From Candidatus Woesearchaeota archaeon (GTDB lineage Archaea; Nanobdellota; Nanobdellia; Woesearchaeales; JAAOYA01), in the NCBI GenBank assembly GCA_018221105.1, contig JAAOYA010000001.1:50812-114811 (forward strand): 64,000 nucleotides of DNA, in the 5' to 3' direction. The position numbers and the translations under genes are program-made. This document shows positions 39,092-48,074 of the stretch, piece by piece. The notes beneath the pieces were generated by a model, which saw only the letters and a list, made by a program, of their open reading frames with translations, was not told the origin of the DNA and made no database searches. How positions within the stretch are numbered: position 1 is the first letter of the stretch; each line of letters starts with the position of its first letter.

Positions 39092-39197
39092 ATTAGTACT
39101 AATATATCATACTTATATATAAAACTTATGGTTTTTTAGACCTAATTCAACATTATTAGGTCTTATTTTTTCAGATAAATTTATATATTAGGTCTAA
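39092..39197. promoter_or_regulatory. Divergent promoter region with operator-like repeats
   Basis: AGACCTAAT-N8-ATTAGGTCT (39138-39163); third half-site ATTAGGTCTAA (39187-39197); palindrome ATTAGTACTAAT (39092-39103); back-to-back TATA boxes near 39112-39122 and 39178-39188. Confidence 0.7.
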
Positions 39198-39211
39198 CTA
39201 TACATATATAT

Positions 39212-39496
39212 ATGCCTAGTAGAAAAATTTCAAAAGAGGACAAACTAGAAATTGATGATATATTAAAAGAAAAAATTCAACCAGAAGATGAAATATTTAA
39301 AGTTCCCATCATAGTGAGTAAAACTGCGTTGAATGGAAAAGAACACAAGCAATTTAAATTAAATGTGCCTAAGAAACCAGCAGATATAATCGGTCTCAAC
39401 AAAGAAGATTTTGAAGCAATCTTTATCATAAAAAAAGAGAAAGAATCTCCTTTTGAAAAGAAGTTAATTGTTGAATTTGTCAAGAAAAATGGCTAA
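39212..39496 (+). CDS. Putative AbrB/SpoVT-like DNA-binding protein
   Basis: QFKLNVPKKPADIIGL resembles the swapped-hairpin motif. Confidence 0.55.
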   Translation: MPSRKISKEDKLEIDDILKEKIQPEDEIFKVPIIVSKTALNGKEHKQFKLNVPKKPADIIGLNKEDFEAIFIIKKEKESPFEKKLIVEFVKKNG

Positions 39497-39725
39497 ATTT
39501 GTAAACTCGCAAAAAAGAATAATCAAGGCATTATATAAACTTAGTAGAGCGGCTTCCATAAATGAAGTAGCTAAAAAAGCCGAAATTTCATGGAATACAG
39601 CCGAAAAACATTTAAAACTTCTTAAAAAAAGAAAAATAGTAGAATCAACTAGTAGTGATAGATTTTGGGAACTTTCCGCAGAAGCAACCTACAAAGAACA
39701 CAAAAAAGAAAGAACTAAAGAATAA
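39489..39725 (+). CDS. Winged helix-turn-helix regulator
   Basis: RIIKALYK...SINEVAKKAEISWNTAEKHLKLLKKRKIVE; ATG 39489 overlaps the previous stop. Confidence 0.85.
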   Translation: MAKFVNSQKRIIKALYKLSRAASINEVAKKAEISWNTAEKHLKLLKKRKIVESTSSDRFWELSAEATYKEHKKERTKE

Positions 39726-39742
39726 AAAGATAATAAGAAAAA

Positions 39743-42400
39743 ATGAAGAATTTATTTTGTGAAAAAGAACTATTGAAAGATGAAAGTGATGTCGAAAATT
39801 TATTTACAAGAAGATTGTTAGAATTTTTTGGTTATACTGATAGCTTAATTAAAACAAAGAAATCTTTAAATGTTTTAGTTATTGGTAAAGGTTCAAAAAA
39901 AGAGAATTACAAACCAGACTATGTATGTTTTCAAGATAAAAAACCAAAAATAGTAATTGACGCAAAATCTCCGACTGAAAATATAGATAATTATACTTAT
40001 CAAATCTCGGGTTATTCTTTAGGGTTAAATAGAAAATTTAAAGGTAAGAATCCTATTAGATTTGCAGCCTTAACAAACGGACTCTATTTTAAACTTTATA
40101 ATTGGGATGAAGAAGAACCGATTTTAGTTTTGAAATTTGAAGATTTCGTTAAAGGAAATAAAAAATTTGAAAGATTAGAAAGTCTGATAAGTTTAGAAAG
40201 CATTAAGAAGCAAACTGGAAAAGATGAGATTTTAGTAGACAACTTTTTAGCTAAACCTTCTGTTGAAGAAGTTAAATCTGCCTTTAACAAATGTCATAAC
40301 GTTATTTGGAAAAAAGAAAAGATAAGCCCCACAGATGCTTTTTATGAATTTTCAAAAATAATTTTTGTTAAACTAAATGAAGATAAAAGGATAAGGGATA
40401 TAATTGAATCTGGAAAATCATTAAAGAGAACAGATTTTAAGTTTTCTATTGAATGGTTGAATGAAAGAGAAAGTGAAACAGAAAGCCCATTAAGTTCTAT
40501 TCTTTTCGCTGAACTACAAAATAAACTACAAGATGAAATTGAAAAGAATAAGAAAAAACCTATTTTTAATAAAGGAGAGGGTATCGAACTTAAAGCACCA
40601 ACTATTAAGGAAGTAGTTAAGATTTTACAGAATTATGACTTATACACTATCGATGAAGATTTGAATGGAAGGATGTTTGAAACATTCTTAAACGCGACAA
40701 TTAGGGGAAGAGAGTTAGGTCAATATTTTACTCCAAGAAAAGTTGTTAAGTTTATGACTAAACTGGCAAATATACAAATAAAAAGACAAAATGGAGAAAT
40801 AAAAGTTGATTCTGTTTTGGACGCTTGTTGTGGAAGTGGCGGTTTTCTAATTGACACTATGGCGGATTTAATCGAGAAGGTTAAGAAAAACTCATCGTTG
40901 AAACCCTATTTAGAAGAAACAATGGAAAAGATAAGAACAGAAGCTATTTTTGGTATAGAAGCTAATCCGAAAATTTCTCGTATAGCAAGAATGAATATGT
41001 ATGTACATGGAGACGGCGGAAGTAGAATTTACTGTGCTGATTCTCTTGATAAAGAAGTTTCGATATGGAGAGGAACAAATAAAGGAATCAAAAAAGAGCT
41101 AGAAGAACTTAAAGGACTATTAGTTGAACAAAAAAAGAAATTCGATGTTGTTTTAACGAATCCGCCTTTTAGCATGGCTTACAAGAGCAAAGACAAAGAC
41201 GAAAAAGTAATATTAGAACAATATGCCGATACTGAAGAAAGAAAAAATATTTCTTATGAAAAAGGAAAAAACATATTAAAAAGCTCTGTGAAGTCAAATG
41301 TTTTGTTTATCGCAAGATATTGTGATTTGCTTAAAAATGGTGGAAGAATGTTTATTATTTTAGATAATTCTGTCCTTAATAGTTATACACATAAAGACTA
41401 CAGAAATTTTATAAGAAAAAATTTCATTATCAAAGCTGTTTTTCAATTACCAACTCATACTTTTGTGAATCAGGAAGCTGGAGGAATTACCTCAATTTTA
41501 TATTTAGAAAAAAGAAAAAGTACAGAACAAGAACAGTCTCCAATTTTTGCTAGAATAATAAATAGGGTTGGTCATGGAACTTCTGGAAAGGAAGAAAACG
41601 AAGATGATTTTGATAATGTTTTAAAAGAATATCTAAAATTTGAAGAGAAAGGAAAACCTTATTTACACGGAGAAAAAGAGATTAAGGATTTTGAAAATGA
41701 TGATTTATTTTTGATTAATAATGATATGATAAATGACAGATTAGATTTCTTTTATTATCAACCGAGTTATCACAAACTTTTAGAAAATTTGAGAAAAAAA
41801 GAAAAAGAAGGCAAATGTAATTTAAAGAAATTAGATGATTATACTCGTGTTGAAGGTATGAATGATGAAGAAAAAACAAAATTAGAAGAATCTGGAGAAA
41901 ATCCACGATATAAATATATTGGCATAAGCGCAATAGATAGGGAAAGAGGTTTTGTTATGTCAGGTGAATGGCAGGAAGGAACTAAAAAAGATTTACCTGC
42001 AAGGGCAAAATTATTTCTAAACACAAATGATGTTTTATTTTCAAAACCATTTAGGTCATTACAAAAAGTAATGATTGTACCAGAAGAACTAAACAATCAA
42101 TTGGGAAGTAGTGGATTTTGGGGAATAAGACCTAAAGATTATGATGAGGCATGTTTATTATGGAGCATTTTTAGGTCAAAACTTATTCAAAAGCAATTGA
42201 TTCATTTGGCAAGTGGCTATACTCAAAGAGAACTTAATGATGAGTATTTAAAAAAATATTTGATTATTCCAATTCCTAATGATGGCACAAAATCTTCTAA
42301 ATTCATAGCTGAGAATATAGAAAAAGCAAAAAAGTCAAGAATTAATGAGTTAGAAGCAATAAATAACATTTTAACCGAACCAATAGAAGCAATAAAATAA
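39743..42400 (+). CDS. Single-chain restriction-modification enzyme: HsdR-N-type nuclease + N6-adenine MTase + single TRD (type IIG / type I-like)
   Basis: PDYV...IVIDAKS, ALTNG; GQYFTPR, VLDACCGSGGFL, NPPF; C-terminal PARAK...NDVLFS...STG-like TRD. Confidence 0.88.
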   Translation: MKNLFCEKELLKDESDVENLFTRRLLEFFGYTDSLIKTKKSLNVLVIGKGSKKENYKPDYVCFQDKKPKIVIDAKSPTENIDNYTYQISGYSLGLNRKFKGKNPIRFAALTNGLYFKLYNWDEEEPILVLKFEDFVKGNKKFERLESLISLESIKKQTGKDEILVDNFLAKPSVEEVKSAFNKCHNVIWKKEKISPTDAFYEFSKIIFVKLNEDKRIRDIIESGKSLKRTDFKFSIEWLNERESETESPLSSILFAELQNKLQDEIEKNKKKPIFNKGEGIELKAPTIKEVVKILQNYDLYTIDEDLNGRMFETFLNATIRGRELGQYFTPRKVVKFMTKLANIQIKRQNGEIKVDSVLDACCGSGGFLIDTMADLIEKVKKNSSLKPYLEETMEKIRTEAIFGIEANPKISRIARMNMYVHGDGGSRIYCADSLDKEVSIWRGTNKGIKKELEELKGLLVEQKKKFDVVLTNPPFSMAYKSKDKDEKVILEQYADTEERKNISYEKGKNILKSSVKSNVLFIARYCDLLKNGGRMFIILDNSVLNSYTHKDYRNFIRKNFIIKAVFQLPTHTFVNQEAGGITSILYLEKRKSTEQEQSPIFARIINRVGHGTSGKEENEDDFDNVLKEYLKFEEKGKPYLHGEKEIKDFENDDLFLINNDMINDRLDFFYYQPSYHKLLENLRKKEKEGKCNLKKLDDYTRVEGMNDEEKTKLEESGENPRYKYIGISAIDRERGFVMSGEWQEGTKKDLPARAKLFLNTNDVLFSKPFRSLQKVMIVPEELNNQLGSSGFWGIRPKDYDEACLLWSIFRSKLIQKQLIHLASGYTQRELNDEYLKKYLIIPIPNDGTKSSKFIAENIEKAKKSRINELEAINNILTEPIEAIK

Positions 42401-42510
42401 AAATTTGTTTAGTCTAGAAAACAATTTGTAAAAATCCTTCGACCTTATATATACTATACAATAGTGACTTTATTGCTTTAAATTATTTAAAGATTTACTG
42501 ATAAAAAAAG

Positions 42511-43050
42511 TTAATCTTGTTGAGTATACTTTGAGATAGCCATATTTAAAAAAGATTTTAAAAGTGGCGTGGACTTGTCCATAAGCTTCTCTTGTTTTGG
42601 TATTATGCCTTTCCTACCATGAAATAAATTACATCTTATGGTGTATAGACATTCTAAAGCAGTCTGTAAGAGCTGACTTTCATTTTTAGTATCTTTTCGA
42701 TTTTTCATTGAACATAAGTCATTTTTAAGTTGCAGAATCAAATTTTCCTTTTTTCTATTTTGTAAATGAAAAATAAACTCTCTATTTGGTTTTAAACAGT
42801 TATAAAAATTTTTTATAAGTTTATGATTATCAGGTGTCAAAACAAGCAACTTATTTACTGCTAAAGCATTCTTTTTATTTTCATGTAAGTTTGCATTTTC
42901 ATTTTTTGATTTTGCATACAAGTTATAGAACATATTATATGCTATAAACAATGAGATAAACTTATCAAACTTATCTTTTGCGCTATCGGATTTTGAAATC
43001 CAAGCGTTTATCCTGCTCAAATTCATTTCTTCAATTTGTTCATCAACCAT
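42511..43050 (-). CDS. HEPN-domain putative ribonuclease
   Basis: FISLFIAYNMFY helix and LYTIRCNLFHGRK (R-X4-H). Confidence 0.8.
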   Translation of the reverse strand: MVDEQIEEMNLSRINAWISKSDSAKDKFDKFISLFIAYNMFYNLYAKSKNENANLHENKKNALAVNKLLVLTPDNHKLIKNFYNCLKPNREFIFHLQNRKKENLILQLKNDLCSMKNRKDTKNESQLLQTALECLYTIRCNLFHGRKGIIPKQEKLMDKSTPLLKSFLNMAISKYTQQD

Positions 43051-43699
43051 TTTTTCTTTTTTTTATGTTAATACTCCCATAACTGAATTTGCTTTGGTAA
43101 TCTTTTTGAATATTGTATAGTTTTAACAATTTTTTGTCGATTTTTATTGAGTTTTCCTCGAGTTTTAAGAAATTGATTGTTATTATTCGTAATGTTTGCA
43201 TAAATTCTGATTCGTAAGCTCTTTCCCAATTTTCTCCTTTAGTCACTTCTGATTTACTATTTAACCACGTTAATAGTTCTTTAATCATCTCTGGAAAATC
43301 AATAAGAATATAATCATACTTTTTTTCAACAAAATGTTTACATTCTTCTCTTTCTTCAGGTTTTATTGGCGGCATAACCATTATTTTTGAAAAATTATTG
43401 TGACCGAAAAACTTCTTTGCTTCTTTTAGTTCATCTTTTTGGAAAATTTTCCATTCTCTTTCAAACTTATCTTTGTTTTTCAATTGTTTTAGCGTGGTTG
43501 TTGCTGATTGCCAGCCTTTCACTGTTGCTATTGCATACTTTCCATACTTTCCTTTTTTTGGGTGAATCATAATAAGGTCTATATCTGCAGGACCAGCACC
43601 ACCTCCGTCTCCTGATTTTTTAAAATAATGATTAGTGTTGACTACGTAACCGTGAATGTTTTCAAAATACGCTTCAGCAATTTTTTCATTTACGTCCAT
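43043..43699 (-). CDS. PD-(D/E)xK-superfamily putative nuclease
   Basis: NEKIAEAYF...GY.V..N...ADIDLI...ATVKGW; GGTGG SD; 8-nt overlap with the HEPN gene. Confidence 0.65.
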   Translation of the reverse strand: MDVNEKIAEAYFENIHGYVVNTNHYFKKSGDGGGAGPADIDLIMIHPKKGKYGKYAIATVKGWQSATTTLKQLKNKDKFEREWKIFQKDELKEAKKFFGHNNFSKIMVMPPIKPEEREECKHFVEKKYDYILIDFPEMIKELLTWLNSKSEVTKGENWERAYESEFMQTLRIITINFLKLEENSIKIDKKLLKLYNIQKDYQSKFSYGSINIKKRKNG

Positions 43700-43717
43700 A
43701 AAACCACCTTTTGTTAG

Positions 43718-44029
43718 TTATATTGTGCATATAAGAGTACCAATTATTGTGCTTATGACGCCAACAATTCCTATTCCGATACCAACATTTCTCCAGAATC
43801 GTTCTTTTTTGTTTTTTTCTAGTAATTGATTGATTTTTTTGTCGCTGGCTTTTAGTGTCTCTTCTAAAACTCTGTCGCGAAGAGCTAACTCTTGCTTTAG
43901 CGAATTTATTTCGTGGCTTCGTAACTCGATATTTTTATGTTTTTGAAAGTGCTTATAGAACCTTCTAGCCTCTGGAGGAAGTTCGTCCATTAAAGTATCG
44001 GTAAGCGCCACAAACAATTTATCATCCAT
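43718..44029 (-). CDS. Coiled-coil protein with C-terminal TM helix
   Basis: EINSLKQELALRDRVLEETLK heptads; FWRNVGIGIGIVGVISTIIGTLICTI. Confidence 0.65.
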   Translation of the reverse strand: MDDKLFVALTDTLMDELPPEARRFYKHFQKHKNIELRSHEINSLKQELALRDRVLEETLKASDKKINQLLEKNKKERFWRNVGIGIGIVGVISTIIGTLICTI

Positions 44030-44165
44030 GATTATTTTCAGAAACTTTGTTTTTTAAATATTCAACGGTTTCAAGAGTTTTTACACAGAACGCTTTTTTG
44101 TAAATTTATTCTTTTATCGACAAAAACAGCTGTTAAACCGACAAAACGGTTAAAACGGCAAAGCC

Positions 44166-44174
44166 TAAAAATTG
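44166..44174. repeat. 9-bp target-site duplication, right
   Basis: TAAAAATTG immediately after CAAAGCC. Confidence 0.85.
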
Positions 44175-44197
44175 GGCTTTGTGTAAAAAGCTGTTTG

Positions 44198-44632
44198 TTA
44201 GTGGTATTTGCTGTGTTGTTTCATTGTGAGGTACAATTCAACAATGTTCTCGCGACTCTTAACATCATGAATCCTGCCACGATACTTTAATAACGCTTCT
44301 AAGTTCTCTTCACATATGACTCTGTCAGGTTCAAAGACGCCTCTTTTAATGTAAGAACTAATAACTTCTACAACTTTGAAGAAGCGATCTGCATTAGCTT
44401 GCAGTCGAACTTCATCAAAAGATTTTGCAGCATTAAATACTGTGATAGGTCCTGCTGTTAAATGATAAAATATTTGATCTAACTTGTCATTAAGACAACT
44501 ATCATGACACACTCCATTAGTGTTAGGAGGGCAAACATCGGAACAACCCTGCATGAAAGCAAGTCCTTCAGTGTTTAAAACATCTTGCAAACCTTCAAGA
44601 ATAAAAAACTCTTGTTCTACTTCTGCTTGCAT
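44198..44632 (-). CDS. Hypothetical protein
   Basis: 144-aa orphan. Confidence 0.55.
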   Translation of the reverse strand: MQAEVEQEFFILEGLQDVLNTEGLAFMQGCSDVCPPNTNGVCHDSCLNDKLDQIFYHLTAGPITVFNAAKSFDEVRLQANADRFFKVVEVISSYIKRGVFEPDRVICEENLEALLKYRGRIHDVKSRENIVELYLTMKQHSKYH

Positions 44633-44705
44633 GTACTATTCTTTTATAACTATTATAAAAGTTTTTTCAATTAGCTTTTTATAACATTGTACAATCACTA
44701 ATACT

Positions 44706-44909
44706 ATGCCAAAAAAGAAATTGCCAAGAATTCTTGAAGAATATTGTATTGGATGCTCACACTGTGTCATGGCTTGCACTCCTAAAACACTAAAAATGGT
44801 TGATGGAAAAGCAAAAATTGTCAATGCAACTGTCTGTGATAGTGAAGGGCGCTGCGTCGCAGCATGCCCTGTTGGCGCAATACCACTTCTTGAAGATAAG
44901 GAATACTAG
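44706..44909 (+). CDS. Ferredoxin (4Fe-4S dicluster type)
   Basis: CIGCSHCVMAC and CDSEGRCVAACPVGAI. Confidence 0.9.
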   Translation: MPKKKLPRILEEYCIGCSHCVMACTPKTLKMVDGKAKIVNATVCDSEGRCVAACPVGAIPLLEDKEY

Positions 44910-44953
44910 AAAAGTAGTAAGCTTTATAAAGGAATATCTTCATTTTATCGTCT

Positions 44954-45736
44954 ATGAAGAAAAAAGGGGCGGTCAAAAAGAAGAGTTTGCAAACCAAAAA
45001 GAAAAACTTTGTTCCGGCCGGCATAAAAGTCTTGATTGGCTACACTTCATTTCTTGGAATTTTTTATTTAACATATTTGATTTTTGGCGCTTATGTTCCA
45101 ACAACAGTTTTGTTCGGTAAAATCATTGAAGGCTCGCTAGCAGTACTAATAAACATGGTTTATTTGACTGCATTATTAGTGCTACTATACGGTTTAATTA
45201 AGCGAAAGCGTTGGGGTTGGGAGCTAGCTTTAGGATGGTATATTTTTGGAATTATTGATTCTATAATATCCACCATCATAATCAAAGCCAATAATTTTTC
45301 AATACTAGCAAGCTTTGTACAATTATCTTCTTTAGGAATTATTTTTATGAATGTAGTGGCATTGTGGTATTTAATCTCAAAAAAAGATTATTTTCTGGGG
45401 CGCAAATTTGACAGACACTTTCACGTTGAAGACCAAATTTTTGTTACAATGACTGTGATATTCTTATCGATTATGCTAGTGTTAATTGTTGGAGCTGCAA
45501 AAACCTATTATGACACCACAAAAACATTAACTGCTAGTGCCATTGATGACTTGAGCGGCAAAACACTTTTTAATTCAATACTAACATGCGAGCAAAAATT
45601 TGGCGAGTTTCGCGACAGCTGCTATTTGGTAACAGTAATAATGCATGAAAACGCAGAGAAAGTTACACTACAAGACGTGTGTGACAGAATACAATCAACG
45701 TTTTTCAAGTTCACTTGCATGAGGGCAATAACATGA
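44954..45736 (+). CDS. Multi-TM membrane protein with C-terminal Cys module
   Basis: About 5 TM helices; C-terminal CEQ...DSCYL...CDRI...C; ATGA overlap with the next gene. Confidence 0.7.
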   Translation: MKKKGAVKKKSLQTKKKNFVPAGIKVLIGYTSFLGIFYLTYLIFGAYVPTTVLFGKIIEGSLAVLINMVYLTALLVLLYGLIKRKRWGWELALGWYIFGIIDSIISTIIIKANNFSILASFVQLSSLGIIFMNVVALWYLISKKDYFLGRKFDRHFHVEDQIFVTMTVIFLSIMLVLIVGAAKTYYDTTKTLTASAIDDLSGKTLFNSILTCEQKFGEFRDSCYLVTVIMHENAEKVTLQDVCDRIQSTFFKFTCMRAIT

Positions 45737-48051
45737 ACAAAAGAGGACAATTAACAGTTTTCATAATAATTGGAATAATACTGATAGTCTCCACTGCACT
45801 AATATTTTTCATACGATCACAAATCACTGATTCTCAAAAGTTTGAAGAGCCAACACTTGAAACAGTGCCAACAGAATACCAACCATTACAACAATTCATC
45901 ACGCAATGCTTACAAACAACCTCAAAAGAAGCAATAATCAAGATTGGAATGCAAGGAGGCTACATTAGTACTAGTGTGCAAGATATTGACTTGACAGGAG
46001 GACAAGTATTTCGTGCCAGCGTTACTGACCCGACAAGTGCTGGAATGGAATCTGTGCAGTACAGCCCAAACAATAATTTGAAAGTTCCTTACTGGTGGTA
46101 TTTAGATTCATCAAACACTTGCAATACTCCTTGCCAGTTTGACTCTAAAATGCCGCCTCTTAGAAAAACTGATGAAGCATTAATTATTAGTACTCAGTCA
46201 GCTATAGAAGTACAAATAGAACGCTATGTAGAGCAGCAATTGCCAGTTTGCCTTGGGGGTTTCGAACAATTCAAAACACAAGGTTTTAGTGTAGAAGTAA
46301 ATGATAACCCTGAAGTGACAGCTCATATTGCGCGATTGGATACTGCTGTTGCTTTGAAGTATCCGCTTGAGTTGAAACGTGAAGGTTTAAGAAGTACTAA
46401 AATAGAAAATTTTATTGTACGCCACGATGTAAACTTGCAACGAGCCTATGACGCTGCACAAACAGTCTTACTCTCTAATGTTCAAAACGAGTATTTTGAA
46501 AGGCCAATAATACAAGCTATTGCAGCATTTAGTGGTGTTGATGAGAACAAATTGCCTCCAATGGCAAGTTATGGTTATGGTGACACTCCTGTAGTGACAT
46601 GGCAAAAAAGCGCTGTAGAAGAGCCGCTAACAGATTTGTTAGCGATACACACTCCACTATACCAAGTTGTTGGAACAAACAATTATCAACTGAGATCTTT
46701 TGATAGCGAACTACAAACTGGCTTGTACAAGAGCTTTAACATGCCAATAGCTAGTATGTCAGCAGAAGATTATTCTGAGTTGAATATTAATTTTGTGTAC
46801 TATGATTGGTGGCCAATATACTATGATATAACAGGCGAGAACAGTGATCAAACATTTGTTAGGCCAACAATTATTCCAGGACTGCGCTCAATACTGCCTT
46901 TTATTCCTGCTGGAATGGATGTTTTAGACACAGTGCTGCCAACAAGCTATATCTTCAACTATGACCTATCATATCCTATGATAGTTACTATTAATGATCC
47001 GACAGCTTTCAATGGTGAAGGCTACACATTTCAGTACGCACTTGAGGTAAACATTCGAAACAATTATCCATTAAACGGTTCAATTGATGATTTGTTAAAT
47101 CCGACACGCGGCGAATTATCTGACTTGTTTCACAACCCATTGCAGCGCAATAGTGGCAATATAACAATACGTGTTAGTGATAAGCAAACAGGCGAGCCAG
47201 TACTTAAGCCTAGCATTACTTTTGTTTGTGGCAGGCAACGGTTACAACTTGACAGTTCAACATTATATGCTGAAGATTCCGATGGCACGGTAATAACTCG
47301 TTTGCCGGTTTGTCTTGGTGGCAAATTACTCGTCAGCGCAAAAGATTATTTTAGCCCGCCAATAAATTTAAGCACGGAAATTGGCCGCGCTACAACAGTA
47401 AGGGCTAAACTGCGGCCTATAAGAACGCTTAATTTAACAGTGAAAATACAAAATTTGACAAAGCAATCAACTAGTGCTCGCTACAAGAGTGGTTGGTACT
47501 TGGACAAATCACTTTCAACTATTGGAACAACACAAACAGTATTAGTTTCTTTAGAGCGAAAACCGCAAGTTTATGGCGAGCAACCATTTAACATCATCGC
47601 TTCTTTTGATGTTAACAATCAAGTGTTGCCAGTAAAAATAATTCCTGGAGAGTACAAGGCAAGTATTACAACAACTTATGAACTGCCATCAACAGTCATA
47701 GAAGAGTTAGTAATTCCAGAAGATAGAATTTGTGTCAAAAGAAATTTTTTAGGACAGTGCACTAAACGTGAAACAATTCCCCAAATAGTGTTTAATGAAA
47801 CAATAGCACAAGGCAGTCTGAACTTCGAGTTCGAAGTTAGTGATTGGTCAATAGAAGACGCTAACACAATGACAGTTTACACAATAGTCGCGCCGGGAGA
47901 CCTTGGATATTATGAGTTAGAAGTCACCAACGATTTAGGACAAGTCACAAAACCGAACGCGCTAAAGCATGATGACCTAAATATTTTGGGAGAGTCAGAA
48001 GAATTAGTTGAAGAGTTCCAAAGACCTTACTTGGAGCCAACGTATGAATAA
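45733..48051 (+). CDS. Large pilin-like protein with class III-type signal (KRG/Q), paralog 1
   Basis: MNKRGQLTVFIIIGIILIV; shares GG(Y/W)I, PYW, CLxxF and F.YD..YP..VTI.D motifs with 55656-57671. Confidence 0.75.
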   Translation: MNKRGQLTVFIIIGIILIVSTALIFFIRSQITDSQKFEEPTLETVPTEYQPLQQFITQCLQTTSKEAIIKIGMQGGYISTSVQDIDLTGGQVFRASVTDPTSAGMESVQYSPNNNLKVPYWWYLDSSNTCNTPCQFDSKMPPLRKTDEALIISTQSAIEVQIERYVEQQLPVCLGGFEQFKTQGFSVEVNDNPEVTAHIARLDTAVALKYPLELKREGLRSTKIENFIVRHDVNLQRAYDAAQTVLLSNVQNEYFERPIIQAIAAFSGVDENKLPPMASYGYGDTPVVTWQKSAVEEPLTDLLAIHTPLYQVVGTNNYQLRSFDSELQTGLYKSFNMPIASMSAEDYSELNINFVYYDWWPIYYDITGENSDQTFVRPTIIPGLRSILPFIPAGMDVLDTVLPTSYIFNYDLSYPMIVTINDPTAFNGEGYTFQYALEVNIRNNYPLNGSIDDLLNPTRGELSDLFHNPLQRNSGNITIRVSDKQTGEPVLKPSITFVCGRQRLQLDSSTLYAEDSDGTVITRLPVCLGGKLLVSAKDYFSPPINLSTEIGRATTVRAKLRPIRTLNLTVKIQNLTKQSTSARYKSGWYLDKSLSTIGTTQTVLVSLERKPQVYGEQPFNIIASFDVNNQVLPVKIIPGEYKASITTTYELPSTVIEELVIPEDRICVKRNFLGQCTKRETIPQIVFNETIAQGSLNFEFEVSDWSIEDANTMTVYTIVAPGDLGYYELEVTNDLGQVTKPNALKHDDLNILGESEELVEEFQRPYLEPTYE

Positions 48052-48074
48052 AAATAAAAAGCAGTAATAAAACA

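Larger units (their letters stand above)
37962..44165. mobile_element. IS5-family (IS903-like) cargo transposon, 6204 bp
   Basis: Left end GGCTTTGCAGATTTAATCG vs reverse complement of right end GGCTTTGCCGTTTTAACCG (16/19). Inner perfect 17-bp IR TGTTTTTGTCGATAAAA (38000-38016 / 44112-44128). 9-bp TSD. One DDE transposase plus six passenger genes. Confidence 0.88.

Noticed and set aside
37952-44181. 17-bp direct repeat read as attL/attR of an integrase-type island
   Set aside because: No integrase and no tRNA target. The repeat decomposes into a 9-bp TSD plus the GGCTTTG terminus, and the ends are inverted repeats matching a DDE transposase.
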